DNA of 64,000 nucleotides from Eledone cirrhosa (taxonomy: Eukaryota): NCBI GenBank assembly GCA_964016885.1, contig OZ024746.1, positions 17,670,001 to 17,734,000 of the forward strand, read 5' to 3'. The notes below the pieces were generated by a model. That model made no database searches and was not told the origin of the DNA. It saw only the letters and a list, made by a program, of their open reading frames with translations. Positions within the stretch are counted from its first letter, which is position 1; each line of letters begins with the position of its first letter. Both the position numbers and the translations under genes were made by a program. This document shows, piece by piece, positions 12,096 through 25,854 of this stretch.

Positions 12096-12484
12096 CTTTG
12101 TCGATGGCTGTGGTAAGTTTCTCATTGGAACAAATAATGCTGTTATGTTTTGGAAAAGTCTCTTCAAGAACATAAGTGATGATTTTATGTGGTCTGTTTA
12201 TAATAGAATATAGTTTAACCCCTTCTGATATCAACCCACCAAAATGTGCCTCAGCTTTTAAGGCACAAAACCACCCATTTTAAAGGGTTCCTATTTAAAT
12301 TTAAATCTTCCAGCAAAATTTTATATTTTATTCAAGAACCTTTTTTTTATGTTACATATACCATCGTAACCCTTTTCATACTAACCTGGCCAAAACCCAC
12401 CTCTCATTAAAAAAAACCCCAGCTATTGTAAAGGGCTCCCATTTAAATATATTTCAACATAATTCAATATTTTATAATGTTATA

Positions 12485-12920
12485 ATGGCTTAGTGGTTAG
12501 ATCATTGGGCTTGCAATCGAAAGGTTGTGAATTCAATTCTCGGACCAGGTGATGTGTTGTTTCCTTGAGCAAGACACTTTATTTCACATTTCTCCAGTTT
12601 ACTCAACTGTAGAAATGAGTTGATAGGACTGGGGTCCTTATCATTCCACTGCAAAGTGGTCGTGGAGGTGCCATAGCAAAAAACGCACCCAGCCCACACT
12701 GTAAAGTGGACGTGTAGGTGCCACGGAAAAAAAGCACCCACCACTCACTGTAAATGAGGTTGGTGTTAGGGAAGGGCATCCAGCTGTAGAAATCAAGCCA
12801 GAATCAGTTCCCGTATGAGCAAGACAAGTTCAGCCGACCAGACACTGCCCACAACAGGACAATCCGTCTAACCCATCCTAGCGTGGCTGAACGGACGTAA
12901 AACGGTGATGATGATGATGA
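12485..12920 (+). mobile_element. tRNA-derived SINE, family B, with RTE-like (GAT)n tail
   Basis: A-box TGGCTTAGTGG, degenerate B-box, CCTTGAGCAAGACAC, GTTAGG(G)AAGGGCATCCAGC and a 3' GGACGTAAAACG(ATG)n end resembling the RTE end at about 47480. Related pieces lie at about 1285-1460, 23030-23960, 28440-28870, 41590-41890 and 43725-43995. Confidence 0.7.
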
Positions 12921-13643
12921 ACATATTAACCCTTTTGGTACTTTGAGATCTTCTTCTTCACCTACATATAGACGTGTGTAGGTCGCGAGAACAGTCCTCA
13001 AACACTCCTTCCAGCGGGTCCTGTCACTAGCAACCATCTCCAATTGATCTGGCTGAATGTTATTCAATCATCTTGTTTAGGGTCTACCCCTGGATCTCCT
13101 GCCAGTTGGTTTTGCCCATAAAATCTGTCCAGTGATTCTTTCCTGAGTCATTCTAACCACATGCTCTTAATGGTTTCTGATTTACGCACAAGGCCAATAT
13201 TTTGGGGGGAGGGGAAAGTCAATTAAATCAACTCCAGTGCATTACTGGTACTTTATTTTATTGACCACCATAAGGATCTGAACTCAGAACATAAAGGGTT
13301 GTAACTCTATGCTGCAAAGCATGTTGCCCAACTCTCTAACGATACTGCCAATCCATCTCAAGTTGACACTCAGCATGGTTTAGGAAAGAAGCAGAATTCA
13401 AAGGAAGTTTCAAATAATAATGGTTTCTTATATAGGCACAAGGCCAGCAATTTTGGTGGAAGGGGAAAGTTGATTAAATCAACTCCAGTGCATGGCTGGT
13501 ACTTTATTTTATCGACCCCATAAGGATGAAAGGCAAAGTTAACCTCGGCAGGATTTGAACTCAGACCATAAAGGGCCGTAACTCTTTGATGTGAAGCATG
13601 GCGTCCGACCCTCTACCGATACTGCCAATCCTATCGCCTTTAA

Positions 13644-13865
13644 CCCTTTAGCATTCACATTATTCTATATATATACTATTATATTTTCATGGTAAAGGCT
13701 TTACCTCGCATAATTATCTCACATAATATCAAATCTATGAGATTTTGAAAGTATTTATATTGAGAACAAAACCTTAACATCAGTTTGAGTGACCAGTTAC
13801 AGCCAGTTGCAACAGAAAGAGGTAGAGAATTCTGGCCAGTTTTGGCCAGTTTGAACACTAAAGGG
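13644..13865. mobile_element. piggyBac-type MITE
   Basis: TTAA|CCCTTTAGCATTC ... GAACACTAAAGGG|TTAA; homologous copies at 20440-20659 and 31599-31806. Confidence 0.8.
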
Positions 13866-13938
13866 TTAAAGTTAGTTATATTACTAAAAACCTCAAAATT
13901 CTTGATTATTTTCAAATAATGATAATAATAATATTTAC

Positions 13939-14079
13939 TTTGTTGGCAATTTGGTCCCATGGAAGTCTTGTCACATCCAGATTCCGAACAAACTCCTGTC
14001 TTCGAGTCACATGATGCCGACATTTTACAGTGACATTTTGACTTGCAGAACATACCAAATTTATTTGGTGGGCACTGAT
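13939..14079 (-). CDS. Exon encoding a laminin/MEGF10-type EGF-like repeat (QCPPNKFGMFCKSKCHC...CDSKTGVCSESGCDKTSMGPNCQQ)
   Basis: Acceptor ttctttcAG and donor GTaaat; 141 bp, phase 1 to phase 1. Cysteine spacing C..G..C...CHC....C....G.C...C.....G.NC. Confidence 0.9.
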
Positions 14080-16244
14080 CTGAAAGAAAAAAACAATAAA
14101 TATACAAAATAAAGTAAGAAATATACAAAATAAAGTAAGAAAAACAAATACATGTTTGAATAGTTAAATTTGTTATCAACCCTTCTGCTACCAACCTATC
14201 TGAAACACTGTCTGGTTCTATGATTTAAAACTTTATTTTAAAGTGTTTATATTTATTTAAAAATCTTGCGTCATAATTTTATGTAAGAAACCTCTTTCAG
14301 TTATTTTCCAAACACCAGCTTGATAACAAGAGCATTTAGTTATTTTAACATATCTTTTCAAATTCTTGATAATTTTCAAAATTATTTGACATGAATAGAA
14401 AGCATCTTTTATTAGTAATATGGTAATAAAAGGGTTATTTATTTATCTATTCAATCAATGTAAACGTCTGCATGGAGCTAGTAAGCCACAACAGACTAGG
14501 GGAAGTATCTACAATTTGTTACAGTTGAGAAACAAAAAACACAAAAACAAGATAGACAGAGATAAGTGAATATAAAAATAAAATAAATTAGATAAAATCA
14601 AAAAATTAAATAGTGAAGACCAACAGGAGGCAAAATAGGCATAAAAGAGATAAAGAAAAAAAATGGGAAGCAAGGGAAGCTGTAAAATATCTAGAAGGTT
14701 CTGTTGCTGTTTATATTTATTTAAAAAAACCTTACATCATAATTATATGTAAGAAACTTTGTTCAGTTATATTCCAAACGAAATGAAAAAGTTAGTTATA
14801 TTATTACAAAAAACTTCCAAATTCTTGATTATTTTCAAAATCATTTGACAATAATATGTAGTGTCTTTAATTAGAAATATGATAATAAAAAGGTTAACGT
14901 GGGCATTGAATGCAGTGGATGAGAAGGTTAATAAGAAATTAGGGTAATATACAAGGAAGGGCACCTTGGGGCTTGTTTAAATCTTTCTTAAATCACAACC
15001 TAGAATCTTTAAAAATATAAATAAAAGATATGTATGATAGTGCAAGTATGAGATAGACTGCTTAAAATAATGGGATGGGCATTGTCATGGTAACAATAAC
15101 AACATTAAAAGCAGTAAAAGTAACAACAACAACGATGACACCACCACCAACAACATTAACAGTGGTAAAAATAACAGCAACAACGAAAGCATCAACAGTA
15201 GTACATAGAACACCCCCCTCTCTGTCTCTCCTAAAAAAAAAAATGCCTACATGGGGCTATATGCAAATTCCTCAAACATGCCATCTTGGTAGTTTTCTTC
15301 CTTCTCTTCCCATCTAAATCTATTCTATACAGCAATGGTGGAAATCTATTTTGCTTCTACCACCCTTCCATTTTCACCTCCACTCTCTCTCTAGCTTCCT
15401 TCCCCCCTTTCTCTCTAAATCCCCTCTCTCTCCTTTTTCTACGCCCCACCCTGCAAGTGTAAAGATTTCTTGTTTTAAAATGTTCATAGCACACACAAAA
15501 AAAAGAAAAATAATAGTAATAGTAAATAAATAGATAAAATAAATAGAAATATGGTATGATTCCAGTTCTTCCTCAGTTTGCCAGAAATGTAAGAAGTATT
15601 TTTTTCTTTTCATTCTATTCTGCCAAATAAACTAGAAATGGGTACAGACATGGCTGTGTGGTTAAGGAGTTCATTTTGCAACCACACAGTTTCAGAGTTG
15701 GAGGTTTTAGTCCTATGGTGGGGCGCATTGGGCAATTAGGTTCTAAGATAACCTTTGGTTGACCAAACCCATTACAGACACACATGTCTATATACACTCA
15801 AACACACACACACTCATACATGAACATACATTCACACACAAACACATGTACACATGCACACAAAAAAAAACTACATAAAAAAATCCACAGAGAAACACCT
15901 ACACTCATAGATAAACATACTTACATGTCCCCATGTACATACACATGGCATGTAAACACACGTGTGCGTGTACACATACAAAAAAAAAAAAACTACATAA
16001 AACATTCACAAACACACACACACGCACACTTCCATCAACGATACACAAATCACACACACACAAAAGAGAAATAATGCACATCCACCAAGTTCACTCCATC
16101 TTCACACACATAACAGTACCAATGATACACCACAACCCTCCACCTTAGTCCTCACCCAACATGCCAGACTACTTGCCTATCCTCCTCAGCCATCTTAATT
16201 TAACTTTTTTTTCAACCTTCTCTCTCTCTGCACTTTGCTATTTT

Positions 16245-16277
16245 CTGAAGAAGGACTTATGTCCGATATGTTGAGAC
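16245..16277 (+). ncRNA. Degenerate hammerhead-like motif (related copy 18802-18834)
   Basis: CTGAAGA-A-GGAC ttat GTCC-GAtA-TGTTGAGAC; the second copy reads CTGcTaA-AGGAC caac ATCT-GAAA-CCTTAAGAC. Both have core substitutions. Confidence 0.45.
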
Positions 16278-16420
16278 ATTTATTTATTTCATGTTTCCTT
16301 TTTCTTTATCTTCATTATCAAACATGAACCTAATAAGACTGTGTTTTTGCATTTCTGTGTTTGTCTCATACATTCTTGAACTACACATGCACACACACAT
16401 CTCATCTTTACTGATATTAT

Positions 16421-16700
16421 TTATTTTGTATATTTTATGAAGTCTCTGATGGCACAGGATTGAGTGGAATTAATATTTAACACCAAATAACATGAGTCAA
16501 TGTTCACATTATAATATATATTTATATTATTAATGGAGTTTGAGGAAAGTTTTTCATCATTTGCATTTTTTACTCTCATTCTCATAGAAACACTTGTAAG
16601 ATAAATAAAATGTCTCAAGAATTTCATCTTGGATAGCCATTTATGAATATGTTCTCTCTACCCCTGTATCCATATCACATGTTGTCTTTGGTGTTAAACT
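16421..16700 (-). pseudogene. Possible decayed Penelope-type GIY-YIG endonuclease C-terminal fragment
   Basis: REHIHKWL...SS.SI.....NVNIDSCY.VL loosely resembles the R..EHIPKWL...SSI..H......F.VL segment of PLE endonucleases; recognised from memory only. Confidence 0.3.
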
Positions 16701-18978
16701 AATTACTGGATAAAATTTCCAGCTAGATCTTGTCAACAAAATCTCCATAAATACACAAGTCTCCAATAACCAAATGTCAGCAGAAGGACACACAGGAGTC
16801 ATGACCTGGATGTGGCCCGAGCCTCCTAAAAATGTCAGAAGTTAAGGGCTGAAACGTTTGCTTAGAGCTGGGGGTTCTTCTCTCTCCAGCTCTTACCACT
16901 ATTCCCCCACCCATCCAAGCAGGCCATGACATGACTATTTACAAGGAAGATAATAGAAAGTTCTTAGGAATGGAATGAAGTGTTTCATTATTGAGAATGT
17001 ACTAATCAAGCTAATGAAGCCATCATCCTTTTCATGACGGCCTGTAAAAGGAGCACTTTATGCAAAGTCATTTTTTATTTTATTTACAAATATTGAAATA
17101 TTATTTTAATGTTACTAAAAATGGTCGGTTTTTACCATAAACTGGTTTGTTGAGTAATCAACAGCATCTTTTCAATATATTTTTATCAGAACAAATACTG
17201 CAAGACATCTCATTCATATGCTGGAACAACTCTATTTCACAACACTTCATTGCTAGACTTTATTCTATCAACTATGAAAGGATAAAATGTAAATTTGACT
17301 TTGACAGAGCACAGACAGATGCATGCATGAGCCCTTAACTGATAATGGAATCCTAGGGGCACTGTAGTGATATATAGGGAAGTGTGTCCCAGGTATTTTA
17401 AACATGAGTTAGCCCATTCCCTCACAGAGAAAGATAGAAAGGAAATGAGAAAGAGATATAGAAAATGGGCATATGGTTAGAATGTCTCATGAAAGAATTG
17501 TTGGACAGATTTTATGGACAAAACCAACCAGCGGCAGACTCCGAGCAAGATGGTTGGATCACATCTATGAGTTCGGCTGGTCTGACTTCGGGATCTAGCT
17601 GGGTCAATTGAAAACGGTTGCTTCTGACAGGACCCGCTGGGAGGAGTATTTGAGGACGCTGCCCCCACCACACTCTCACAAATAAGTAGGAGATAAAAAA
17701 AAACTCAAAGAACTGGTCAGCTTGAAAACTATATTGTAGAAGACACTTGTTTGAGGTACTGCCACACAGTGGGACTGAACCTGAAACCTTGTGGTTGTGT
17801 ATCAAACTCTTTAACCACTCAGTCATCATCAAATATCATATTTTAACAGATGTTACAGAGGGGTGGGTGGGAGTCATTGGCTATTATTTCTAGTAAGTGT
17901 ATCAACGTCAAAGAAGCAGCTGGTGGTGCAGTAGGTAGGTAGTGCACTAGGTTCCTAATTAAATGACTTGCTGCATCTGTGAATGTGCAGTGCAAGGTAA
18001 CAAAACAATTCTCTCTTGCCCTAGTTTGCCTGGCAGACATGAACCCCACACACTACTCTCTCTCTTTACTTCATGGTTGAGTAGTTAGTGATAGGAAGGT
18101 CATCCAGCTGTAAAAAACCAATTGCTCCAACAAGAACTATCCTACTCAGGCATATATGGGGGTGGGGAGTGGAAGTGGGGGAGGGGGCTTGAAATAAATT
18201 ATAAAAATAAAGGATGATAAATTGATGAACAAAAAAACTTAAAAACAAAAAAAAACCCACATCAGAAGGACCACCACCACCTCCACCACCATAACACCAC
18301 CATCATCACAACCACTGCCATCATCACACTACCACACCACAACTACTACTACTCCTACCAACACCACCACTACTAATAACAACATTCTTCTTCACCTCGA
18401 AGCTCCAGTCCCTCTTGATACCCCCTCCCCCCCAGTATTCTACCCCCACCCCCACAACTACAATACAATTATTTCCAACATTCACTTAACCTCACATTTC
18501 AATTAATCATTTCATTTTCTTCTCTCATCTCATTCTTATTTCTTTCCTTTCTTTTTTCTTTCTAATTCCTCCACTTTCTTAAACTGTTGTTGTTGTTGTT
18601 GTTGTTTAGTTCTAGTGTCTTTTTTTGTCGTTATATTGAGGCCATGCTGGGGCACTGTTTTGATCATATCTTGTACTTCTTTCAATTACCTCTACTTTTC
18701 AGTCAACTAACTTACACAAAATAAACAACTACCCAAATGCAATACACACATAGAGGCATGCACACACACTTTTTTAATTTCTTTTTCCTCTCAAACCTAT
18801 TCTGCTAAAGGACCAACATCTGAAACCTTAAGACTCTTTTCTTACTATATCAAGAGTTAAACTAATTTATATCAGAATTGTACTGTATTGTTTTCCCATC
18901 TTATTTTTCCTTGGCTCTTTTGTCATATATATATATATACATGCACTATAGATATGATATGATTTTTATATATATATA

Positions 18979-20120
18979 CTAACAGCAGGACCCGGCGTTG
19001 CATGGGGTAGGAAACATGAATTAGCAACACGCATATGCAAAGATTGAGGAATGTAGCAGTGTATTTTTTGAATTCCCTTATTCTCAGCGAATGATTGTTC
19101 ATCTACTGGAAACGTAGAACACCAGCAGGCCGAATCCAGTAGTAGCAGTGTCAGTGGGCTGATTGAGGAAATCGTCTATGCGAAGGGGGGGGGGGGGGGG
19201 GGGGGGCGATGTATGTCGTAAGTCTGTTCACGAATTACGTCATGGATGGGGAACACACGTCAGTCTGAAAGAGCGACGTAGTCAATTGTGTGAAAACCAA
19301 GTAGGGATGTACGTTTAAGTAGGGATATTGAGATGACGAAATCAGCGTGGCAATGCAGCTGCAGCAGAAGTGGGTCATAGTGCAATTAGCACAAACGCTG
19401 GGCGGCACTGGTTGCACTGAGTTTACACAGCAACAAAGGTGGGACAAAAGGGATCACCATGGAATTAGCACAACCGCTGTTCGGCGTACTTGCGCAGGGC
19501 GTTCATACTGCAGTGTAGGTGCAACAAAAGGGGTCTTAGTAGAAGTAGCACAGACGTGAGTTTTATGGTGTCAATAACATGGCAACGTACACAGGACCTG
19601 GATTTGCGCATGATAAAAGCACGAAGCGTCAACGGGGCGGCGACAACAATTTTAAGGTCCTCCTCATTTCCTCAATCCCCTGAAAATGGTAAGAAAGCGT
19701 TGTGTCCTCTGTTAAATAAACCAAATGTTTAACGAAATATTATAAGCTACTTACGATATTTAAGTAGTGTTTATATTGAAAATGGCATGTAATGCCCAAT
19801 GCTAATTCGTAAATTTCCTAGAAACGATTAATGGAATTGGAAAAATTTTTTTTGTCCACAGCAATGCGAGGGGACTAACTAATGTGTGCTGCAAATTTTG
19901 AGGAAATCGGGTGGGTTATCTTTTAAGTTACGCCTCAAAAAAGCCTAAGAATGCCTAAAAAATGTGGTTTTTCGCCTAATGCAGAAAAAGTTAAAAATTT
20001 GTTTAGCCCATTGCACTTCAAGAAATATATGTGTAAAGTTTGAAAAAAATCGGTCAGGTACTTCTTGAGTTTTAGGGATTTACACACACACAGCCAGACA
20101 CCCTCTGTTTTATATATATA
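18979..20120 (-). mobile_element. Non-autonomous Helitron with unidentified internal sequence
   Basis: The 5' segment (ATAAAACAGAGGGTGTCTG...CCCTAAAACTCAAG...ACCGATTTTTTTCAAACTTTACAC) is homologous to 45100-45180. The 3' end has a degenerate hairpin and TTAG|T at about 18979. Confidence 0.65.
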
Positions 20121-20439
20121 CATATATATATGGAGAGGACCCTTCAGTGGTGCCAAAAATATGGCAATCTCAATAGTGTTGGTGTCACGATAAATTGGGT
20201 TCAGTTGAGTATGGGATCACATGTCTAACCCCCTACTGACCTGGTGGTCAGTGGCTTCACTTCAATACTGACCAATCTGTGACGACATATTCACTCCACG
20301 CTAGCAGGGAAGACAGAAGTTAAATGATGATGACAATGATGATGTCTGTATGTGTTATCATGTACACTGCTTAACAGCTGGTGCTGTTTGTTTATGTCTT
20401 TTAACCAAGTGGTTTGACAAACAGCAATCAATAAATTAA

Positions 20440-20659
20440 CCCTTTAATGTTCAAACCGGAAAAAGCCGGCCAGAATTCTCTACCTCTTTCTATTGAAACT
20501 GGCTGTAACTGGTCGCTCAAACTGATGTTAAGGTATTGTTCTCAAAATAAATACTTTTAAAATCTCATAGATTCGATATTATGTGAGATAATTATGCGGG
20601 GTAAAGCCTTTACCATGAAAATATAACAGGATATATAGAGTAATGTGAATGCTAAAGGG
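20440..20659. mobile_element. piggyBac-type MITE
   Basis: TTAA|CCCTTTA ... TAAAGGG|TTAA, the reverse orientation of 13644-13865. Confidence 0.8.
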
Positions 20660-20694
20660 TTAAGTAACAAACATATTGGGGGATCTTAATATCT

Positions 20695-20935
20695 TCTCCC
20701 ACTTATTCCTGGGAGGGTCTTGGGGGCAAAGACCTCAAACACTATTTCCAATGGGTCCTGTCAGAAGCAACTGTCCCCAATTAATCCAGCTGGATTCCCA
20801 AGCGAGACCAGCCAAGCTTATGGATGTTTTCCAGCCATCTTGCTCATGGTCTACCCCTGGGTCTCTTGCCAGTTAGTTTTGCTTGAAAATCTGTTCAACA
20901 ATTCTTTAATGAGACATTCTAACCACATGTCTTAA
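20695..20935 (-). mobile_element. LINE 3' coding relic (related pieces 12960-13165 and 17478-17670)
   Basis: Three diverged copies share TTCTAACCACATG, GTCTACCCCTGG and GGGTCCTGTCA blocks. The minus translation resembles the GHV.RM...GRP...W....DR..W C-terminus of LINE ORF2. Confidence 0.55.
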
Positions 20936-23243
20936 TATGATTGATTTAATCATTGATATTGGTGCTCCAGCATGACCACAGGTCAATGACTGAAATCAAT
21001 GAGAGAATGAAAGATCACAAGAATAGAAACTATGAGAACAAGAGAATAAGAGAATAGTTGTTTCTGATTTAGGCACAAAGCCAACAATTTGGGGGGATGG
21101 AAAACTTAAATCGACTCCAGTGTGCTACTGGTACTTTATTTTATTGACACCGTAAGGATGAAAAGTAAAGCTAACCTTGGCAAGGGGTTGAACTCTATGT
21201 AATTATGCTATAAAGCATGTCGAACGCTCTACCAATTACTGCCAATCCACAATAAGACAATATATGGAATAAGTGGAATAAGAGAATAAAAGAATATACA
21301 GAGTGAGTGGAATAAGAGAATAAAAGAATATAGAGAGTGAGTGGAATAAGAGAATAAGAGAATATAGAGAGTGAGTGGAATAGAGAATATAGGGAGTGAG
21401 TGGAATAAGAGAATATAGAGAGTGAGTGGAATATGAAGAGATGAGATTTCTTTAACTGAAGAAATAAAACCTCAGAATCAAAGCTAATCATCTTGACTTA
21501 ATGTAAGACAGAAGAAACAAGATTGATTTAGATAGGGTGGGGTTGTGTTAGCGTAGGGGGGGTAGTGTAGTGATGGTGGTGGGGTTGTATTAGTGCAAGG
21601 GTGGGGTTAGCGTATGGGTGGGGTGGGGTGGTTAGTAAGGTGGTAGTGGGGTTGCCATGATGGTAGTGAGGTTAATAAGGTGGTATTGGTGGTAGTGGGG
21701 TTGCCATGGGGGCGGTGGGGTTGCCATGGTGGTGGAGTTGACATGGAGTGGTGCGGGGGTTTCCATGGGGCTGGTGGGGTTAATATGATGGTATTGGTGG
21801 TGGAGGTGTGGTTAACATAGTGGTGGGGATTGCTGAGTTGGTGTTGTGAGTGTGGGGTGTGTGTAGTGGTGGTGGTGGTGTGGTTAATATGGTGGTTGTG
21901 GGGTGGTTAATATAGTGGTAGTGGGGTTGCCATAGTGGTGGTGGTAGAGGTAGTGGCAGGGGTGAGCTATACACAAAACTCATTGATGATAGAAATCATC
22001 CATGTGTGAAAAAAAAAAAAAAAAAGAAAAAAAAAAAAAAAGAAAGATATCTTTGTGCAGCAAACAGCCCCGACCCGACCCCATCTCACCCTGCAAGCAA
22101 GTATTGCTTCCTTCTTCCATTCTTCCCACTCTAAACTATACATTCAGGTTCACTAGAGACTGGAAGATATCACAGAATGAATCTTGGTAAAATCCTTGCC
22201 AATGTTAATATGGATGGCACTGATTCTGTCTGAGAGAATTCCACATACTAGAGGTTGTTTTTTTTAAACACACACATACACACACCTAGTACTACTAACA
22301 CTACTAGCAACACCACTACCATTACTACTACAATCTTCACTATTACTGCTACTACTACTACTAGTACCATCACCACCACCACCCCACTGCTGCTGCTACC
22401 ACAACCACTGCTACCATTACTACTACTAGTAGTAGTACCACTGTCACCACGACTGCCACTACAACTACAACAACAACTACTACTACTATTACCACCACCT
22501 CAACCGCCACGACCATCACCACCACTACCACCACCATCGCCAATACCACAATTACTACTGCACCTCCTCACCCTATATCATTCTAACAATTTCAAATATC
22601 TGATAGTCTGGTTGGTATTAAACATAAACAACATGGCTTATGGTTAAGAAGTTCACTGTGGAAGCATGTGTCATGCGATATGATGTGTCATGTGATGTGT
22701 CATGTGATGTCATGTGGTCTTGAGCAATGGCAACTTTCACTGACACATGTAGCAATTTTGATTAATAGGTAAGGTTGCTTGATTCACACTCCATCACTCT
22801 TCCCTTCTCAACACAGACAGAAAACTTAGGGTTTTAAAATCAAGAATGGTAGGGGTTTCCCTAACCCCTGAATAGGGGCCCATTGTAGGACTGTCAGGTA
22901 GATTTAGCTAAGTGTGGTATTTGTGTTGGTAGGGTCACCACACTACGGTAATGACCAAAGTCACTACCCACTACAAGAGAGTAATATTAGAGTAGTAGGC
23001 ATGATAGTTTTCTCTGCAACCTCTTGGTTTCAGGTTCCATACCACTGTGTGCTACCTTGAGCAGTATCTCTTATTAATACAGCTTCAAAGCCCACCACAT
23101 GTGGCAAACACATGTCAACCTCCCTAGTGCTGGTACTATGATAAAAGTGCACCTGTGTCCAGTACACTCAGTAAAGTGGTTGGTGTTAGGAAGGATATCC
23201 AGCTGTAGAAACTATGACAAAACTGGATCATATATAAGTGATC

Positions 23244-23909
23244 TGTAACTCGTGGCCTATTTAGGAGGGCAATAGCACTGATTAAGAACTGAGTCCATCC
23301 ATAATGTGACTCGTGGCCTATTTAGGAAGGCAATAGCACTGATTAAGAACTGAGTCCATCCATAATGTGACTCGTGGCCTATTTAGGAAGGCAATAGCAC
23401 TGATTAAGAACTGAGTCCATCCATAATGTGACTCGTGGCCTATTTAGGAAGGCAATAGCACTGATTAAGAACTGAGTCCATCCATAATGTGACTCGTGGC
23501 CTATTTAGGAGGGCAATAGCACTGATTAAGAACTGAGTCCATCCATAATGTGACTCGTGGCCTATTTAGGAAGGCAATAGCACTGATTAAGAACTGAGTC
23601 CATCCATAATGTGACTCGTGGCCTATTTAGGAAGGCAATAGCACTGATTAAGAACTGAGTCCATCCATAATGTGACTCGTGGCCTATTTAGGAAGGCAAT
23701 AGCACTGATTAAGAACTGAGTCCATCCATAATGTGACTCGTGGCCTATTTAGGAAGGCAATAGCACTGATTAAGAACTGAGTCCATCCATGATGTAACTT
23801 GTGGCCTATTTAGGAGGGCAATAGCTCTCATTAAGAACTGAGTCCATCCATAATGTAACTCGTGGCCTATTTAGGAGGGCAATAGCTCTCATTAAGAACT
23901 GAGTCCATC
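23244..23909. repeat. Minisatellite, 61 bp x about 11, inside a family B SINE body
   Basis: Period of 61 bp; the flanks are GTTAGGAAGGATATCCAGC on the left and AACCCATGCCAGCATGG on the right. Confidence 0.95.
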
Positions 23910-24852
23910 TGTTGTGGCCCACCCAACCCATGCCAGCATGGAGAGAAATAGATGTTAAATCGTTAAACAATGAGGAGGAGGAGGAGGAGGAAGCATCAGT
24001 GAGTAGAAAGAGAAAGTAAGCATAAGAGGGATGAAATGTAGTAGGAGAGGAGACTACAGTGGTGTGGACATGTGATGTGTATGGAGAATGACAGTTATAA
24101 AGAAATGGAGGAGGCTGAAAGCAGATGGGAACCTGTGGAAGAGGTAAATGATGATAATGATGATATATACATGTAAGTATGTATATAGGGAACTTATGCT
24201 GTAGTAGATTGTAGGGAAATTGTGATGTGCCTTGTATCTCTAACTGTACTCTTCAGTATAGAACAGATCTCCGTCGATCCCCAGGTCTGCTTGCTCATGA
24301 AATTAAGTGGCTGAGTGTTCCACAGACATGTGTACCCTTAATGTAATTCTCAGAGAGATTCAGCGTAACAAAGTGTGTGACAAAGCTGGTCCTTTGAATT
24401 ACAGGGATCATCCATTTGTCAGGCTTCCAAACAGTATCTGTCTACCCAATTTCACTCACAAAGCGTGGGTTCACCCAAGGCTGTGATAAATGACACTTGC
24501 CGAAGATGCCACACAGGGGAATCAAACCTGGGACCTAATGATTGGAAACTGAACTCTTTAATCCTTCAGCCATGCTGTGTTCATTCTTCAAAGTGTTGAA
24601 AGAAGTTACAGGAGGTCTATAGGGTCACATAACTTTCTCCATGAATCACCAGAAAATCTCTCAAAGTTTTCCAAAAGGAATTCATACAAATAAAGGCAGG
24701 TTAACATAAATATTTAAAACAAGTTTATTCTTTAAAAAAATGTTTTGTCAAGAATCTAAGTGTTGCGACAAAAGATAAGGAATTTGATTGAGGTCACAGT
24801 ACTTTATTTGATCTATTGCCAAACATTGGTGCTCTGTTAAGAAATGGCCATG

Positions 24853-24910
<58 letters not shown>

Positions 24911-25157
24911 GTGCATATATATATATATATATTTATACACACGTGCATATATATATATATGTGAGTGTATTTATGTGTATATATAACTACGCGTGAGTGT
25001 GTGTAATTCCATTTTATCTTCCAATCTCCCAATAAATGGTAAAAGTGCTGTGCTGTTTTCTAAATGGCAGAGATGGAAATGCTGTTTTGTGTCAGGAATT
25101 TTTTTCAAAGGCATCTTTGTGAGAAGTGAGATTATGTAGAGACTAAGAAAGACTGTG

Positions 25158-25249
<92 letters not shown>

Positions 25250-25854
25250 AGGGAGAGACTGTTATAGACTGCACAGAATGTAGAGTGTAGGGATAGACTG
25301 TATGCTGTATGGAAGAACTGTGTGAGGTAAATTAGTGTCATAATGACGTCAGCACTATGTGTATGTTTGTGTGTGTGTATGTGCATATGTTGTGAGTGTG
25401 ATGTGTGTGTGTATAAGTGAATGAGTAAAAGTATCCAGCCCATATATATATATATATACACAGAGAGAGAGGGAGTACCTACTCCCTTTCAAAAATTCAA
25501 GGAATCTATTCATATGAGCCGATAAAAGCAGGAACACCTACAAATTTGATACGCCATCATATAATTCCCTATTGTCCAGTAACATCCCGGATACGTACAA
25601 AAACAAAACAACCACAGTGTGTACAATGACAACAATGAAGCGATAATGTTTGCTACACAACTGGGAATAGCAGACAGAGTTGTGTATTCCAGCCACCACT
25701 TTACCCTGCCAATCCACCAACCTTTTCACTACCCCCCCCCCATACACCCACCTTCACATTCATCACCTGCCTCCCACTGACCAGTTAAAAATACTATGGC
25801 TATGCCACCTAGCATCGTTTATCACCTTCTTTCACACTGAGTAACAAGACTCAC

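Noticed and set aside
25538-25747. Hydrophobic minus-strand ORF as the signal-peptide exon of the EGF/lectin gene
   Set aside because: There is no convincing in-frame ATG plus phase-1 donor, and it ends in a stop.
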